DNA of 34,076 nucleotides from Myxococcota bacterium (lineage in GTDB: Bacteria > Myxococcota_C > UBA6777). Numbering within the stretch: position 1 is the stretch's first letter; each line of letters opens with the position of its first letter. The position numbers and the translations under genes are program-made. Under the pieces are notes generated by a model. The model saw only the letters and a program-made list of their open reading frames with translations. It was not told the DNA's origin and did not search any database. The stretch covers positions 1 to 34,076 of the forward strand of contig JAKLKB010000064.1 in NCBI GenBank assembly GCA_023150835.1. Reading direction: 5' to 3'. This document shows positions 1 to 10,247 of the stretch, one piece after another.

Positions 1-55
1 CGTGCATACAGCGTGTGTCATGAAAAAACAAAATCCCCGCTGCTTCCGACTTTCG

Positions 56-95
56 CTCCCTCCCCTGTTCACGGGGGAGGGCTGGGGTGGGGGGG
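56..95. repeat. REP-like GC-rich hairpin (CCCTCCCC-tgttcacg-GGGGAGGG plus G-rich tail)
   Basis: Inverted repeat 58-65/74-81 followed by CTGGGGTGGGGGG, in the intergenic region downstream of the sigma gene. Confidence 0.55.
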
Positions 96-203
96 CCAAC
101 AAGCGCTTAACCTAACGCCTATGGGGTGAAACCCCACAAACAGCAACCAACCGTGGCGGGGTGTAGGGTGGCCACCCCACAACGCACTTCCAGCGGGGAG
201 AGA

Positions 204-893
204 TTAAGATTTGTCGGATTGATCGGGGAATTGGTTATCGAGGATATCGCGCAGGAAGGCGCGAGCGCGGTGGAGTCGGGATTTGACAGCGGATTCGGTG
301 AGGCCGGTGGCTTCGGCGGTTTCTTGGGTGGAGTAGCCTTCGAGGTCGCGCAACAAGAGGATGGCGCGATCTTGTTCGGAGAGTTGTGCGATAGCTTCGG
401 AGAGAGGGCGGAGATCGGATTGGAGTTCGCCAGAGAAGCGTTCGATCTGTTGGGGGAGTTCGGGGGCATCTTCGGCATGGATGGAGAGGTGGAGGTGGGG
501 GTTGTTTTTTTGGCCGCGCCGCATACGTTGGCAAGAAGTCGAAGCGATGCGATAGAGCCAGTTTTTGACAGAGCTTTCACCGCGAAAGCCTTCGATGTAG
601 CGGAGCATGGCGACATAAGTGTCTTGCATCGCGTCTTCGGCATCGCTGTTTTCGCCGCATCTTCGGCGCAAAAAGCGTAGGAGGTCGTCGTGAAAACAGT
701 AGATCAATTCGTGGACGACGGTGTTGTCGCCTGCAAGGAGGCGTTCTTTGAGTTGGGTGGGGTGGCAAGACGGCGTATCGGTCGAAGAGGTCGGTGGATT
801 CGCCGCTTGTGAGTCAAAGAATTCGTGTGTAGCGGTGGTGGCGCTTTGAGAGAGTGGGGTGGAAGGTTTGTTGTGGTTTGGTGGGTGGGCCAT
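204..893 (-). CDS. ECF-type RNA polymerase sigma-70 factor
   Basis: Region 2 (DAEDAMQDTY...FRGESSVKNWLYRIA) and region 4 (LLLRDLEGYSTQETAEATGLTESAVKSRLHRAR). Confidence 0.93.
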   Translation of the reverse strand: MAHPPNHNKPSTPLSQSATTATHEFFDSQAANPPTSSTDTPSCHPTQLKERLLAGDNTVVHELIYCFHDDLLRFLRRRCGENSDAEDAMQDTYVAMLRYIEGFRGESSVKNWLYRIASTSCQRMRRGQKNNPHLHLSIHAEDAPELPQQIERFSGELQSDLRPLSEAIAQLSEQDRAILLLRDLEGYSTQETAEATGLTESAVKSRLHRARAFLRDILDNQFPDQSDKS

Positions 894-919
894 GCGGATC
901 TTGCCTTGTGCGTATGGGA

Positions 920-2200
920 TTAGGAAGCGTTGGAATCGTCGGAGGACTTGTTGTTTGCGGCGTTGTTTGCGGGGGAAAGGTGGGTGAGTGCGGGGGCGGT
1001 GTCAAGGCGTGGGTGGCCGCGATGGAAGGCGTGTTGAGAGAGACCTTGTCCGTCTTCGGCTTGGTCCATGCTTTGGAGGAGATAGAACATGGCGTAGATG
1101 GAGGCGAGCAAGTCGCCCGTGTGTCCGGCTTCGGAGATGGTGTGCATATTGCGGATAGGGAAACCGACGGAGGTGGCGGCGCAGTCGATGGAAGCGAGAA
1201 CACCCGCCATGGCGTCGGTGCCTGTGTCGCGTCCGACGACGGAGCGTTGGATCGGGATCTCGTGTTCGAGGGCGACTTGTTGGATCAGGGCGTTGAGTTT
1301 TTCGCTGGCGATGGCTCCGACAGAAAGCGTAAAGCCTTGTCCCATTGCGAGAGGTGGCATCCGCTCGCTTTCGATGCCGGGTGCTGCGACATAATCGTGA
1401 TTGACATCGACCCCGATCAGGATATCGGGTTTGGTGACGGCGGCCATCACACGGCTACCCATACGTCCGATCTCTTCGTGGGTGGCGATGCCAAAAAGTG
1501 CGCGGATATTTTTGAGCCCTCCCGCTTGGGCGACAAGACGGGCGATCTCAGCGGTCGCAAAGCAACCAAGGCCGTTGTCGAGGTAGGCCCCATAAAAAGT
1601 CTCAGGGCTAAAGCCGCGCTTGATCGGGCGATCGAGCAACACATTGTCGCCCACTCGCACACCAAGGGCTTCAATCTGCTTTTGTTTGTTTTCGCTGTGG
1701 ATCTGGAGTTCGAGATAGATCTGTTCTTTTTTGATGCCGCTTTTGCCCGAACGAAGGGCTTCGTTGGCAAAGTGGATCGCGCCGATGGCTTCGACGGTTC
1801 CGCCTTTGATGGTGCGATAGTGCCCGGGATTTTTGGGATCTTCGCTGAACAACAGAACTTCGTGTCCGATCAGGGTGGTGGGCAAGAAGGAATCGGTATC
1901 AAGCCAGATCTTGCCGTCTTTTCCGATCTGACGTACTTGCATACGGATCTTGTCGGCGTGTCCGACAAACAGGACAGTCAGCAGATCGTCGCGGTCGGGT
2001 GCGGTATCAAGGACGATTCCTGCATTTCCACGAAAGGTGTGGATCTTCCAGCCTGCGCGCATCCATTTTTCAAAGTAGGGGATGAGAACGCCGAACGTCA
2101 TGGCGGCTTCGAGGCCGACAGGACTGGGGGCGGCCAAGATATCGCGCATGATCGCGAATTGTTCTTCGGGCATCGGCTGTTTCCAAGGCTTCTCTGTCAC
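920..2200 (-). CDS. M42 family metallo-aminopeptidase
   Basis: Metal-ligand motifs GHADKI, YLDNGLG, HEEIG, GVDVNH, GTDA, RNMHT. Start set at GTG 2200, which has AGAGGT RBS 6 nt upstream; the ORF-track start at 2863 is over-extended. Confidence 0.88.
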   Translation of the reverse strand: MTEKPWKQPMPEEQFAIMRDILAAPSPVGLEAAMTFGVLIPYFEKWMRAGWKIHTFRGNAGIVLDTAPDRDDLLTVLFVGHADKIRMQVRQIGKDGKIWLDTDSFLPTTLIGHEVLLFSEDPKNPGHYRTIKGGTVEAIGAIHFANEALRSGKSGIKKEQIYLELQIHSENKQKQIEALGVRVGDNVLLDRPIKRGFSPETFYGAYLDNGLGCFATAEIARLVAQAGGLKNIRALFGIATHEEIGRMGSRVMAAVTKPDILIGVDVNHDYVAAPGIESERMPPLAMGQGFTLSVGAIASEKLNALIQQVALEHEIPIQRSVVGRDTGTDAMAGVLASIDCAATSVGFPIRNMHTISEAGHTGDLLASIYAMFYLLQSMDQAEDGQGLSQHAFHRGHPRLDTAPALTHLSPANNAANNKSSDDSNAS

Positions 2201-2430
2201 GATTTTACCTCTCTGCATGGTTGGCCTTGTTGGGGGTAGGCGTAGGGTGTGGGGCTGGACCTTGGGTGTCCTGTATTGCGGGGCAAGCGAGACACTCGGG
2301 CCATCGTGCTGCTTGGGATGCACGAAAAGGCTTGCGGATGCAAGGTTCGTCGCTCTCGCAGCAAGCGCAACGCGGCACTTTATCTCAGGTTTTGGCGCAA
2401 AGCAACGCATCTTCTCTTTTGAACGATCTT

Positions 2431-2590
2431 GCTCGGCTGAAGGGGGTTGTGTGGCGCTGCCCCAAACTCCGCCATAGACCGAAGGCCCCTTGCCCCCGCA
2501 TTGGCGGACGTGGCGAGGTTTTTCAAACCAACAACTCTGTCGCTTGAAGTGTCGCGAACGCAGGGGTTTTTTGGGGCCAACGGCGTCACT
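2431..2590 (+). mobile_element. MITE-like element family B, copy 1 (left end degenerate)
   Basis: Collinear similarity to 17170-17329 (GCCCCTTG.CCCCG..TTGGCGG, GAGGTTTTTCA, ACTCTGT.GCTTGA, CGAAC.C.GGGGTTTT); right TIR AACGGCGTCACT at 2579-2590. Confidence 0.65.
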
Positions 2591-2774
2591 CCTCTCAGAC
2601 GAGGATTTTGTTTGGCTTGTGTTTCTTGGGGGAAACATACATCGCCCCGTCGTGTTGTTTGTGATCGGAATATCCGCACGTTCTTGGCGTCCAAGGGTCA
2701 CGGGTTTTCTAGGTGGCCTCTTGTGTTGGGCAGACCAAGAAATGTCCCGCACCCCACACCTCAAGGAGTTTTTC

Positions 2775-3101
2775 ATGAAACGTATGGTTTTGTTTCTGAT
2801 TGCAAGTGTCTGGGTTATCACCGCGATCGCCCCATGTTCGGAAGTGTTGGCGCGCAACGTCAAGCGCAGCGTAAAGTCACCGAAGAATCATCGAAAGCCG
2901 CCCAAATACAGAAAGCGTTACAGTCGCGGAAAACCCGGGAAACTCACCGCCGAGCAAAAGAAGCGGAAAAAGGAAAGGGACAAAAAGAGCAAGAAAACTT
3001 CGGTGGGACGGCTATTGGGAAAAAAGACGCACGCAAAAACCACCAAAGTTGGGAAGAGAAAAGTGGGTTCGGGTGGAAAAGTTCATGATCCGTTCAAGTG
3101 A
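2775..3101 (+). CDS. Small Lys/Arg-rich protein with signal peptide
   Basis: AAGGAG RBS, ATG 2775, signal-like N-terminus MKRMVLFLIASVWVITAIAPCSEVLA, then a highly basic mature region. Confidence 0.7.
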   Translation: MKRMVLFLIASVWVITAIAPCSEVLARNVKRSVKSPKNHRKPPKYRKRYSRGKPGKLTAEQKKRKKERDKKSKKTSVGRLLGKKTHAKTTKVGKRKVGSGGKVHDPFK

Positions 3102-4076
3102 TTAGTCTTGTGTGTGTGAGTGAGGGTTCCATGCGTCGCCGAGGGCGAGGGGGTCAGAGGTGGGTTCTTCGTAGCCTTTGGGGTGACAAGGGGCGGAGGC
3201 GGGTTCGAGGTGGGTGGTGACGATGACTTCGGTTTGCGGGAAGGCGCGTTGGAGGTCGAGTTCAAGGAGGGAGGCGCGGCGGTGGGCTTCGGCGAGGCGC
3301 AGCCCGGGATCGAGAAGCAGGTGAAGTTCGACAAAGAGAGTGCGGTGGACGAGGCGGTGGCGGAGTTGATGATAGCTTTCGATCTGATGGGAAGTCGTGT
3401 AGGTGTCGAGGCATTGGAGGATGCGATCGGTGGTTTCTTGGTCGGTGCGTTCCATCAGGCCCTGATAGGCTTCTGCGAGCAGTTCCCAAGCCGAGTGGAG
3501 GATATGGAGTCCGATTACGATAGCTGCGATGGGATCGAGGATACGGATGTTGGTGAACCACACCAACCCGACGCCAAGGACGCCTGCGAGGCTGGTCCAC
3601 ATATCGGTGAGGACGTGCATTCCGTTGGCGCGGAGGATCGAAGATTGGTGCTTTTTTCCTACGGCGAGCAAGTGCCATCCAAGAGCGAGATTGATCGCGA
3701 TCAATCCAATGGCGAGTAAAAGTCCCAGACCAAGGCGTTGTAGCGGGGCTGGCACAAAAAGGTCGTGGATCGCTTTGGCCAAGATACCAAGCGCAGCGAC
3801 CGCAAGGATCACGCCTTCAAAACCGATCGAAAAGTAAGCGATCTTTCCATGACCGTAGACGTGCTTTCGGTCGGGGGGTTGGGCTGCATACCAAAGGCTA
3901 AAGGCCGCAAGGCTGGTTGCGAGGATATGGATCACGGACTCTGCGGCGTCAGAGAGCAGCGCAGTGCTGTTGGTCAACCACCACGCAAGCAGTTTTCCAA
4001 CGAGCATGGTGACCGATACTGCGAGGCTTAGGCGCATGGCGCGTTGGAGGGCAGGGTGTTGGGGCGTGTGTGTCAA
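3102..4076 (-). CDS. Cation diffusion facilitator (FieF-like) transporter
   Basis: SDAAESVIH, PPDRKHVYGHGK, HVLTD, DPIAA and a C-terminal domain (HQLRHR...HLEP). TTG start at 4076 with AGGAG RBS overlapping the dus stop. Confidence 0.9.
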   Translation of the reverse strand: MTHTPQHPALQRAMRLSLAVSVTMLVGKLLAWWLTNSTALLSDAAESVIHILATSLAAFSLWYAAQPPDRKHVYGHGKIAYFSIGFEGVILAVAALGILAKAIHDLFVPAPLQRLGLGLLLAIGLIAINLALGWHLLAVGKKHQSSILRANGMHVLTDMWTSLAGVLGVGLVWFTNIRILDPIAAIVIGLHILHSAWELLAEAYQGLMERTDQETTDRILQCLDTYTTSHQIESYHQLRHRLVHRTLFVELHLLLDPGLRLAEAHRRASLLELDLQRAFPQTEVIVTTHLEPASAPCHPKGYEEPTSDPLALGDAWNPHSHTQD

Positions 4077-4084
4077 GCAAGCTC

Positions 4085-5134
4085 CTATGGGCTGTTTGGG
4101 GAAGAGGGCGGATCTTCGTCGTGAGTGGGTGGGGTCCATTGATCGAGGAGGGCGAACAACGTGGTGGTGTCCTCGCATTCCATCGCGGCCATCCGAAGGG
4201 TATGTGCGCCGCGAAAGCCTTGGAGATACACTTTGAGGAATTTTTTCATAATTTTGAAGGGGCGTTTTGGACCCCACACCTCGAAATACAGGGTGATGTG
4301 ATCGCGAAGCATCCTGAGTTTTTCTTCGAGCGGGAGGTCGTTGTAGTTGCGTTGGGGATGGAAGACGACAGGATCTTGGAAGATCCCGCGACCGATCATC
4401 ACGCCGTCTACGCCGTGTTGCTGGTGCTTTTGGTGTACTTCTTCAAGGCTGAGAACGTCGCCGTTGCCGATGATCAGCGTCGATACGCCCATCTGATCGC
4501 GGAGCTCGACGACTTTTGCGATCTCGTCCCAATCTGCGGGATATTTGGACATATCTTTGGCGAGTCGTCCGTGCATGGTGAGGACGTCGATCCCTGTTTC
4601 CAACAGAAAAGTAGCCCATGACTCGGTGCGTTTGTCTCGAAAGCCAAGGCGTGTCTTGACGCTGATCGGTAGAGCGGGTGCGCCTTCGCGGGCGGCGAGG
4701 ATCTGTTCTCGTGCGAGCATGGGATTTTCGATCAAGGCCGAACAGCAGCCTTTGTGGACGATCTTTTCGACAGGGCAGCCCATATTCAGATCGACGCCAT
4801 CAAAGCCGAGGCGTTGGACTTCTTGGGCGGCCCGAAAGATGGCGTTTGGATCTTTGCCCCACAATTGCGCGACGAGAGGGCGTTCTTCTTCGGTGTAGAG
4901 AAGCCGAGAGATCACGCGGCTGCGCCCCGCAGAAAACAGACCTTCTGCGCTGGTGAACTCGGTGACAAAAACGTGCGGGCGTCCCCAACGTGCGATCAAT
5001 CGGCGAAATACGGTGTCTGTCACGTCTTCCATCGGTGCAAGCACATGAAACGGGCGCGGGAGATCGCGCCAAAAACCACGCGGGGCGTGTTCTATCGGGC
5101 CAAAACAAAGGCTTTCTGTGTTCGGATGATTCAT
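4085..5134 (-). CDS. dus: tRNA-dihydrouridine synthase
   Basis: LAPMEDVTD, TEF, AQLWG, DLNMGCP, SVKTRLG, MHGR, GNGDV, GVMIGRG motifs. Confidence 0.93.
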   Translation of the reverse strand: MNHPNTESLCFGPIEHAPRGFWRDLPRPFHVLAPMEDVTDTVFRRLIARWGRPHVFVTEFTSAEGLFSAGRSRVISRLLYTEEERPLVAQLWGKDPNAIFRAAQEVQRLGFDGVDLNMGCPVEKIVHKGCCSALIENPMLAREQILAAREGAPALPISVKTRLGFRDKRTESWATFLLETGIDVLTMHGRLAKDMSKYPADWDEIAKVVELRDQMGVSTLIIGNGDVLSLEEVHQKHQQHGVDGVMIGRGIFQDPVVFHPQRNYNDLPLEEKLRMLRDHITLYFEVWGPKRPFKIMKKFLKVYLQGFRGAHTLRMAAMECEDTTTLFALLDQWTPPTHDEDPPSSPNSP

Positions 5135-5177
5135 TGTTTTTTTCTGTACTCGACGGGTTTGTATAGGTATGGGGGGA

Positions 5178-5299
5178 TACGAAATCCGCACATGGTTGTG
5201 ATCGCAAAAATTAGGGGCAGCCCGCTGTGGCTGCCCAACCACAGGGCATCTACAGCGGATCGCACCTACCCTTCGATCACCCTTCTTTCGAAGATCGTA
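5178..5299 (-). mobile_element. MITE-like element family A, copy 1 (contains REP hairpin)
   Basis: Ends TACGAAATCCG (5178) and CGAAGATCGTA (5299); internal TAGGGGCAGCCCGCTGTGGCTGCCC; collinear with copies at 24056, 31449 and 32834. Confidence 0.7.
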
Positions 5300-5343
5300 C
5301 GTTTGACGGAGAGGGAGGCGGGGAGGTTTGGGAGAGGTTTGGA

Positions 5344-5973
5344 TTACCAACGCCAAGAAGATTTGTATTTGACCGAACAGCCGTAGGGACGGGTGAGTTT
5401 GGTTTGAACAGGCTTTCCTGCCAATACGGCATCCACAGCAGCGGTGACGTAGTTTTGGGCTTTTTTGTTGTCTTCGGGGTTGGTGGAGCGGATGCTGTCG
5501 AGGGCTCCCATGTACACGAGGATGCCTTTGGCGTCGATGACGTACATGTGGGGGGTGGTTTTGGCGTTGTAAAGCTGGCCGACTTTGCCTTCGGGATCGA
5601 GCAAGATGGCGTTGGCTTGGCCTTTTTTGGCGGAGTTGATCTCGTTGGCTTGTTTGGCGGGGTAGTAGCCTTGTTTGCCGGGGGCCGAAGACACGATCGA
5701 GAGCCAGATCACGCCTTTGTCTCGGTAGGCTTTTTGGATGGCTTGGATGTGGCCGCTGTCGTAATGTCGTTTGACAAAGGGACAGCCGTGATTAAGCCAT
5801 TCAAGGACGACGATCTTTCCCTTGTATTGGGAAAGATCATGGTTCTTTCCAAACGTATCAGGAAGGGTAAAGGCCGGAGCGGCTTGATCGACTTTGATCT
5901 TTTGGGGAGCGGCATGGACGGAAACGGGAAGCGAGCACAACAGGCCGAGTGCAACGGCAAAAACAAAGCGCAT
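5344..5973 (-). CDS. Exported thioredoxin-fold / AhpC-TSA family redoxin
   Basis: Signal peptide, APAFTLPD, GKIVVLEWLNHGCPFV, AKTTPHMYVID, C-terminal YGCSVKY. Confidence 0.88.
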   Translation of the reverse strand: MRFVFAVALGLLCSLPVSVHAAPQKIKVDQAAPAFTLPDTFGKNHDLSQYKGKIVVLEWLNHGCPFVKRHYDSGHIQAIQKAYRDKGVIWLSIVSSAPGKQGYYPAKQANEINSAKKGQANAILLDPEGKVGQLYNAKTTPHMYVIDAKGILVYMGALDSIRSTNPEDNKKAQNYVTAAVDAVLAGKPVQTKLTRPYGCSVKYKSSWRW

Positions 5974-6087
5974 GAAAAACTCCTAGGGTGGTTAACCAAC
6001 GAGGCATCCCAAAGCAGAGGCGGGAGCGCTCGTTGAGAAAGATGTGGATCGAAACACAGTGATGCGCGATCTTGTTCCTTTTTTTGA

Positions 6088-6816
6088 TTAGCTGCTGAGC
6101 AGAAAACGCACGCCCGCAAACAACAGCAAGGCTTGGACAAGCCCCGCAAAGATCCGCTCATCGACGCTGTGATGAAAGCGCTCCCCCACGAAAAGACCAA
6201 GCAGCACCGCAGGCAAGGTTCCAAGAAACAACCATCCGTGTTGGGCCGTGTATTCGCTTCGTACCAACATCCCCAAAAAGACGGTGACGTTGAGCAAAAA
6301 CCACAGCCCAGCAAGCGTGGCACGAAAAGTTCTTTTGTCCAGCGAAAGGCGGCTCACCACGTACACGATAAACGGGCCACCCGTCGCATACAAACCTTGG
6401 ATCAGCCCACCGCCAAACAAAAAAAAGTTTGCTTGCCATGCAGGAAGAGGCGAAAGTGTCGAGGCTTTTGTTCTCGAACGCCAGATGCCCCAGAGCGTCA
6501 ATCCCAACAGAACAGCCCCAAAGAGGACACGGGTTTGCCGTTCGGGAAGGGTGCGGAACAAGGCAAAACCGAGGGGCAGTCCGAGTCCAGCCCAAGGCAA
6601 CATTTTTTTCCAGAGGACGGGGGATATCGCTTGTCGATCGCGAGAGAGGATGGACAGGCTGAGGATCAGATTGAGCGGGATGATCACGGGTAATAAAACG
6701 GAGAGAGGATAACTCGCAAGGGCGAGCGTCAAGAGTCCACAGCCAAAGCCCAACACGGCCTCCGTGAAGTGAGCCAAAAAGACGACCAAAAAAAGCCAAA
6801 GGAAGGCGAGATCCAT
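6088..6816 (-). CDS. TauE/SafE family sulfite exporter-like permease
   Basis: GFGCG N-terminal motif, GLYATGGP, FRATL, about 8 hydrophobic segments. Confidence 0.85.
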   Translation of the reverse strand: MDLAFLWLFLVVFLAHFTEAVLGFGCGLLTLALASYPLSVLLPVIIPLNLILSLSILSRDRQAISPVLWKKMLPWAGLGLPLGFALFRTLPERQTRVLFGAVLLGLTLWGIWRSRTKASTLSPLPAWQANFFLFGGGLIQGLYATGGPFIVYVVSRLSLDKRTFRATLAGLWFLLNVTVFLGMLVRSEYTAQHGWLFLGTLPAVLLGLFVGERFHHSVDERIFAGLVQALLLFAGVRFLLSS

Positions 6817-7298
6817 GATGATGTGCTGCCTCGTTGTTGCGATGCTGGTGTTTTGCGCTCAAAAAGCCGGATTCATGGGTAGAGTCGGTTGTGTACACAA
6901 AAAGACCGAAGGGAGGCGCGGTGGCTGGCTTCGGCGTTATCGCGCTTCTGCCCCGCAACGGAGGTTTGAAGAGCGCGGTGCGGGCTTGTGATAGCTGAGG
7001 TGGGCAGCGGAGGCAAGACGCGCAGAGGGAGGGCGAGTCCAAAGAGCGATGCCAAGCTGTGATCCGTCCGTTGATCGCCGTGCTTTGGCAAGATGTAGAG
7101 AGCGAGAGCAAACAGCGTCCTGCTGGGAAGGTTGTGTCGGTGAGACGGATGCTTCGCCCTGTAGGACGGAAAAGGCGTGCTGTTTGGAGAGATGGGGGAG
7201 GTGGTGGAAAAGGCTTGCGCTTGGTTTGTGGGTGCGTATGATGCAGCGCGCCAAACCAGCAAGATTGTTTTTGGGAAAAAATGAGGAACAAAAAAGCC

Positions 7299-8411
7299 AT
7301 GACAGAGAAGCAATTAGAAACGATTCGCCGATGGACGGATTTGGGAGATCTACGGGCAGCGGGAGATCTGGTGCGTGCATTGTTGGTGGAAGATGCGCAA
7401 GACCCGTTGTTGTGGGAGCTTGAGGCACGTTTGCGTGCAGGGATGAAAGAACTGGACACCGCAGCGTACGCTGTCGAACAAGCTGTCCTCCAATCGCCCA
7501 AGTCCGTTCATAGTCTGTTGTTGCAGGCTTGGTTTGCGCGGGAGTTGCGCAATCTTGACGAAGCGAAAGACTGGGAAAATGCAGCGTTGGACGAAGCCGA
7601 GACCGAAGAAGACGGGCATGCGGTGCTGTTGAGCCAAGCGCGCACGCTTTTGGCGGAGGCTCAAGTCGAGATCGACGAGATGGTCGAAGAGATGGCCGAA
7701 GAAGACGAAGACGTCCCCGAAGTCATGCAGATCCCCGACGAGCTTGTGGAGATCTTTCAAGACGGGCTGGAAGCTTTGGGAGATATCTTGGACGAAGATC
7801 CCGAACACGCCGAAGCATGGGCGTTGGAAGCGGATTTTTACAGTCTGATGAACCAGCCCGAAAAAGCGGTGGAATCTCGCAACAAAGCGCTGGAGTGTAT
7901 GCCCGAAAAGATGGCTTGGCTGCATGCACAAGCCGAAGAGATGGAGCGGATCGAGGAAGGCGACAAGGCTTGCACGTTGTACAGCCGTTTGTTTGCACTC
8001 GAACAAAAAGCGCTGAAAGAAGCCAAGAACCCGTACGGCTTGTTTTTTGATCCGCAAGAGTTTTCGGCGATGAGCGCAAAAGCATGGCAAGAGTTGGAAG
8101 GTTATATCCGAGAAGAAGGCGTCACACTCGATTTTTCGGTCGTTTGCGAACCGATGCCTTCCAAGGAGATGGTCGAAGAAGCGATCCCTGAGGAACCTTT
8201 TGATCCGTGGACAGCTTTTCATCTGGTGATCGAGCCGCGTGATATCGGTCGTGATCTGATCAAGATCACGCTGTTTCAGCGGAATGTTGAGCGTTTTTGG
8301 CGAGAAGGCGGGGATGTTTCGATGCACGAGATGTTGCTCGATATCTTGGATGATGCGGCTGCACCCGCGATCTTGCTTGCCGATGGCAACGATCTGTTCG
8401 ATCAAGGATAG
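7299..8411 (+). CDS. Acidic TPR-repeat protein with degenerate zincin-like C-terminal domain
   Basis: TPR-like helices ([24 protein letters not shown]) and C-terminal [10 protein letters not shown]; start could also be ATG 7281. Confidence 0.7.
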   Translation: MTEKQLETIRRWTDLGDLRAAGDLVRALLVEDAQDPLLWELEARLRAGMKELDTAAYAVEQAVLQSPKSVHSLLLQAWFARELRNLDEAKDWENAALDEAETEEDGHAVLLSQARTLLAEAQVEIDEMVEEMAEEDEDVPEVMQIPDELVEIFQDGLEALGDILDEDPEHAEAWALEADFYSLMNQPEKAVESRNKALECMPEKMAWLHAQAEEMERIEEGDKACTLYSRLFALEQKALKEAKNPYGLFFDPQEFSAMSAKAWQELEGYIREEGVTLDFSVVCEPMPSKEMVEEAIPEEPFDPWTAFHLVIEPRDIGRDLIKITLFQRNVERFWREGGDVSMHEMLLDILDDAAAPAILLADGNDLFDQG

Positions 8412-8616
8412 GCCGCGCTCGATCGAGAATGGGTCACGCCACCGAGGCGGGGGATGTGTTGAGCGTCGTCGAAAACAGCCGATACAGCAAGGGATCGATC
8501 ATGAAGTTTGTCGCAATGGGGAGGGCCGAGACTTGCGTTTTTGCGCGGTCTCGTCTAATACGCCGCCGACAGGGAAAGACAAAAACAGCCCAAGGTTGGG
8601 GAAAGGATCACGATCC

Positions 8617-10242
8617 ATGCAACGGCAAACCAAGTACATTTTTATTACAGGCGGGGTGGTGTCTTCGCTTGGAAAAGGGATTACCGCAGCCTCTGTTGGG
8701 GCTTTGATGGAGAGCCGAGGTTTGGATATCACCATCTTGAAGATGGATCCTTACATCAACGTAGATCCCGGGACGATGAGTCCGATGCAACACGGTGAAG
8801 TGTTTGTGACGGAGGATGGGGCCGAAACGGATCTCGATCTGGGGCATTATGAGCGCTACACCAGCGCGGTGATGAACCGCGCCAACAACTTCACCTCGGG
8901 CAAAGTATACGAGTCGGTGATCGATCGTGAGCGCGAAGGCTATTATCTGGGGCGGACGGTGCAGGTGATCCCACACGTCACGGATGAGATCAAGCGTCGT
9001 ATCCGTCAAGCCGCCGAAGGTCACGACGTGGCGATCTGCGAAGTGGGCGGAACGGTGGGTGATATCGAAGGTCTTCCGTTTTTAGAAGCGATCCGCCAAT
9101 TCCGCTTTGATGTGGGTAAAGAGAATGTCCTCTATCTTCATGTCACCTTGGTTCCCTATATCCACGTCGCGGGCGAACTCAAGACCAAACCCACACAACA
9201 CTCCGTCAAGGAACTGCGATCAATCGGTATCCAACCTGATCTCTTGTTGTGTCGAAGTGATCGAGATCTTGCAACGGATGTCAAATCCAAGATCGCCTTG
9301 TTTTGCAACCTTGCGCCCGAAGAAGTGATCTCCGTCAAAGATGTCGACTCGATCTATGCGGTGCCGCTGATCTTGCGCGATCAAGGACTCGATCAAAAGA
9401 TCGCGGAAAAGATGAATATGTGGTCGCGTGCTGCGCGGATGCGGGAGTGGGAAGCCGTCGTCGAAAAGATCCGTCAACCTCGCCATCATGTGCGCATCGG
9501 CATCGTGGGCAAATATGTTGAACTGACCGAGTCTTACAAGAGCTTGAGCGAAGCGCTGATCCACGGCGGCGTCGCCAACGATTGCCGAGTCGAGCGTGTG
9601 TACTTGGATGCCGAACAATTCGAGCATGAACGACTGCCCTTGCATGAGTTGGATGGGATCTTGGTGCCGGGGGGGTTTGGAGAGCGCGGAACAGAGGGCA
9701 AGATCCGTGCGGTGCAAGCCGCCCGTGAAAACAAGATTCCTTTTTTCGGAATTTGCTTGGGGCTTCAGATGGCGGTGGTGGAGTACGCACGCCATGTCTG
9801 CGGGATGACGGGGGCCAACAGCATGGAGTTTGATCAAAAGACCCCGTATCCCGTGGTGGCCTTGATGGAAGAACAGCGCGAGATCAAGCAGATGGGTGCA
9901 ACCATGCGTTTGGGCGCTTATCCTTGCCAACTCAAAGAAGGCAGCCTCGCACACCAGCTTTATCGCAGCCTCCAGATCAGCGAACGTCACCGCCATCGCT
10001 ACGAGATCAACAACGCCTATCGTGCGCGTTTAGAAGAAAGCGGCTTGGTGATCTCGGGTATCTGGCCGGAAAAATCACTGGTTGAAGTGATCGAACTCCC
10101 CCACGAACAGCATCCTTTCTTCATCGCTTGCCAATTCCATCCCGAGTTTCGCTCACGCCCCCTCAATCCCCACCCCATCTTTGCGGGCTTTATCGCTGCT
10201 TCTATCCTCCAAAAACAAAACAAACAATCTCTCGAATCTTGA
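8617..10242 (+). CDS. pyrG: CTP synthase
   Basis: [57 protein letters not shown]. Confidence 0.99.
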   Translation: MQRQTKYIFITGGVVSSLGKGITAASVGALMESRGLDITILKMDPYINVDPGTMSPMQHGEVFVTEDGAETDLDLGHYERYTSAVMNRANNFTSGKVYESVIDREREGYYLGRTVQVIPHVTDEIKRRIRQAAEGHDVAICEVGGTVGDIEGLPFLEAIRQFRFDVGKENVLYLHVTLVPYIHVAGELKTKPTQHSVKELRSIGIQPDLLLCRSDRDLATDVKSKIALFCNLAPEEVISVKDVDSIYAVPLILRDQGLDQKIAEKMNMWSRAARMREWEAVVEKIRQPRHHVRIGIVGKYVELTESYKSLSEALIHGGVANDCRVERVYLDAEQFEHERLPLHELDGILVPGGFGERGTEGKIRAVQAARENKIPFFGICLGLQMAVVEYARHVCGMTGANSMEFDQKTPYPVVALMEEQREIKQMGATMRLGAYPCQLKEGSLAHQLYRSLQISERHRHRYEINNAYRARLEESGLVISGIWPEKSLVEVIELPHEQHPFFIACQFHPEFRSRPLNPHPIFAGFIAASILQKQNKQSLES

Positions 10243-10247
10243 TCGAG

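Noticed and set aside
854..2239. Long antisense ORFs (e.g. 854-2239, 7350-8405, 22649-23953, 25655-26647)
   Set aside because: They are shadow frames opposite well-supported genes and carry no motifs
2201..2863. 220-aa N-terminal extension of the M42 peptidase
   Set aside because: It crosses a repeat element and overlaps the opposite-strand gene at 2775; a good RBS and GTG exist at 2200
6817..7280. Gene or riboswitch in the 460-bp tauE/TPR divergent gap
   Set aside because: All frames give non-protein-like translations, and no recognisable RNA motif or Sec-type interruption was found; left unannotated
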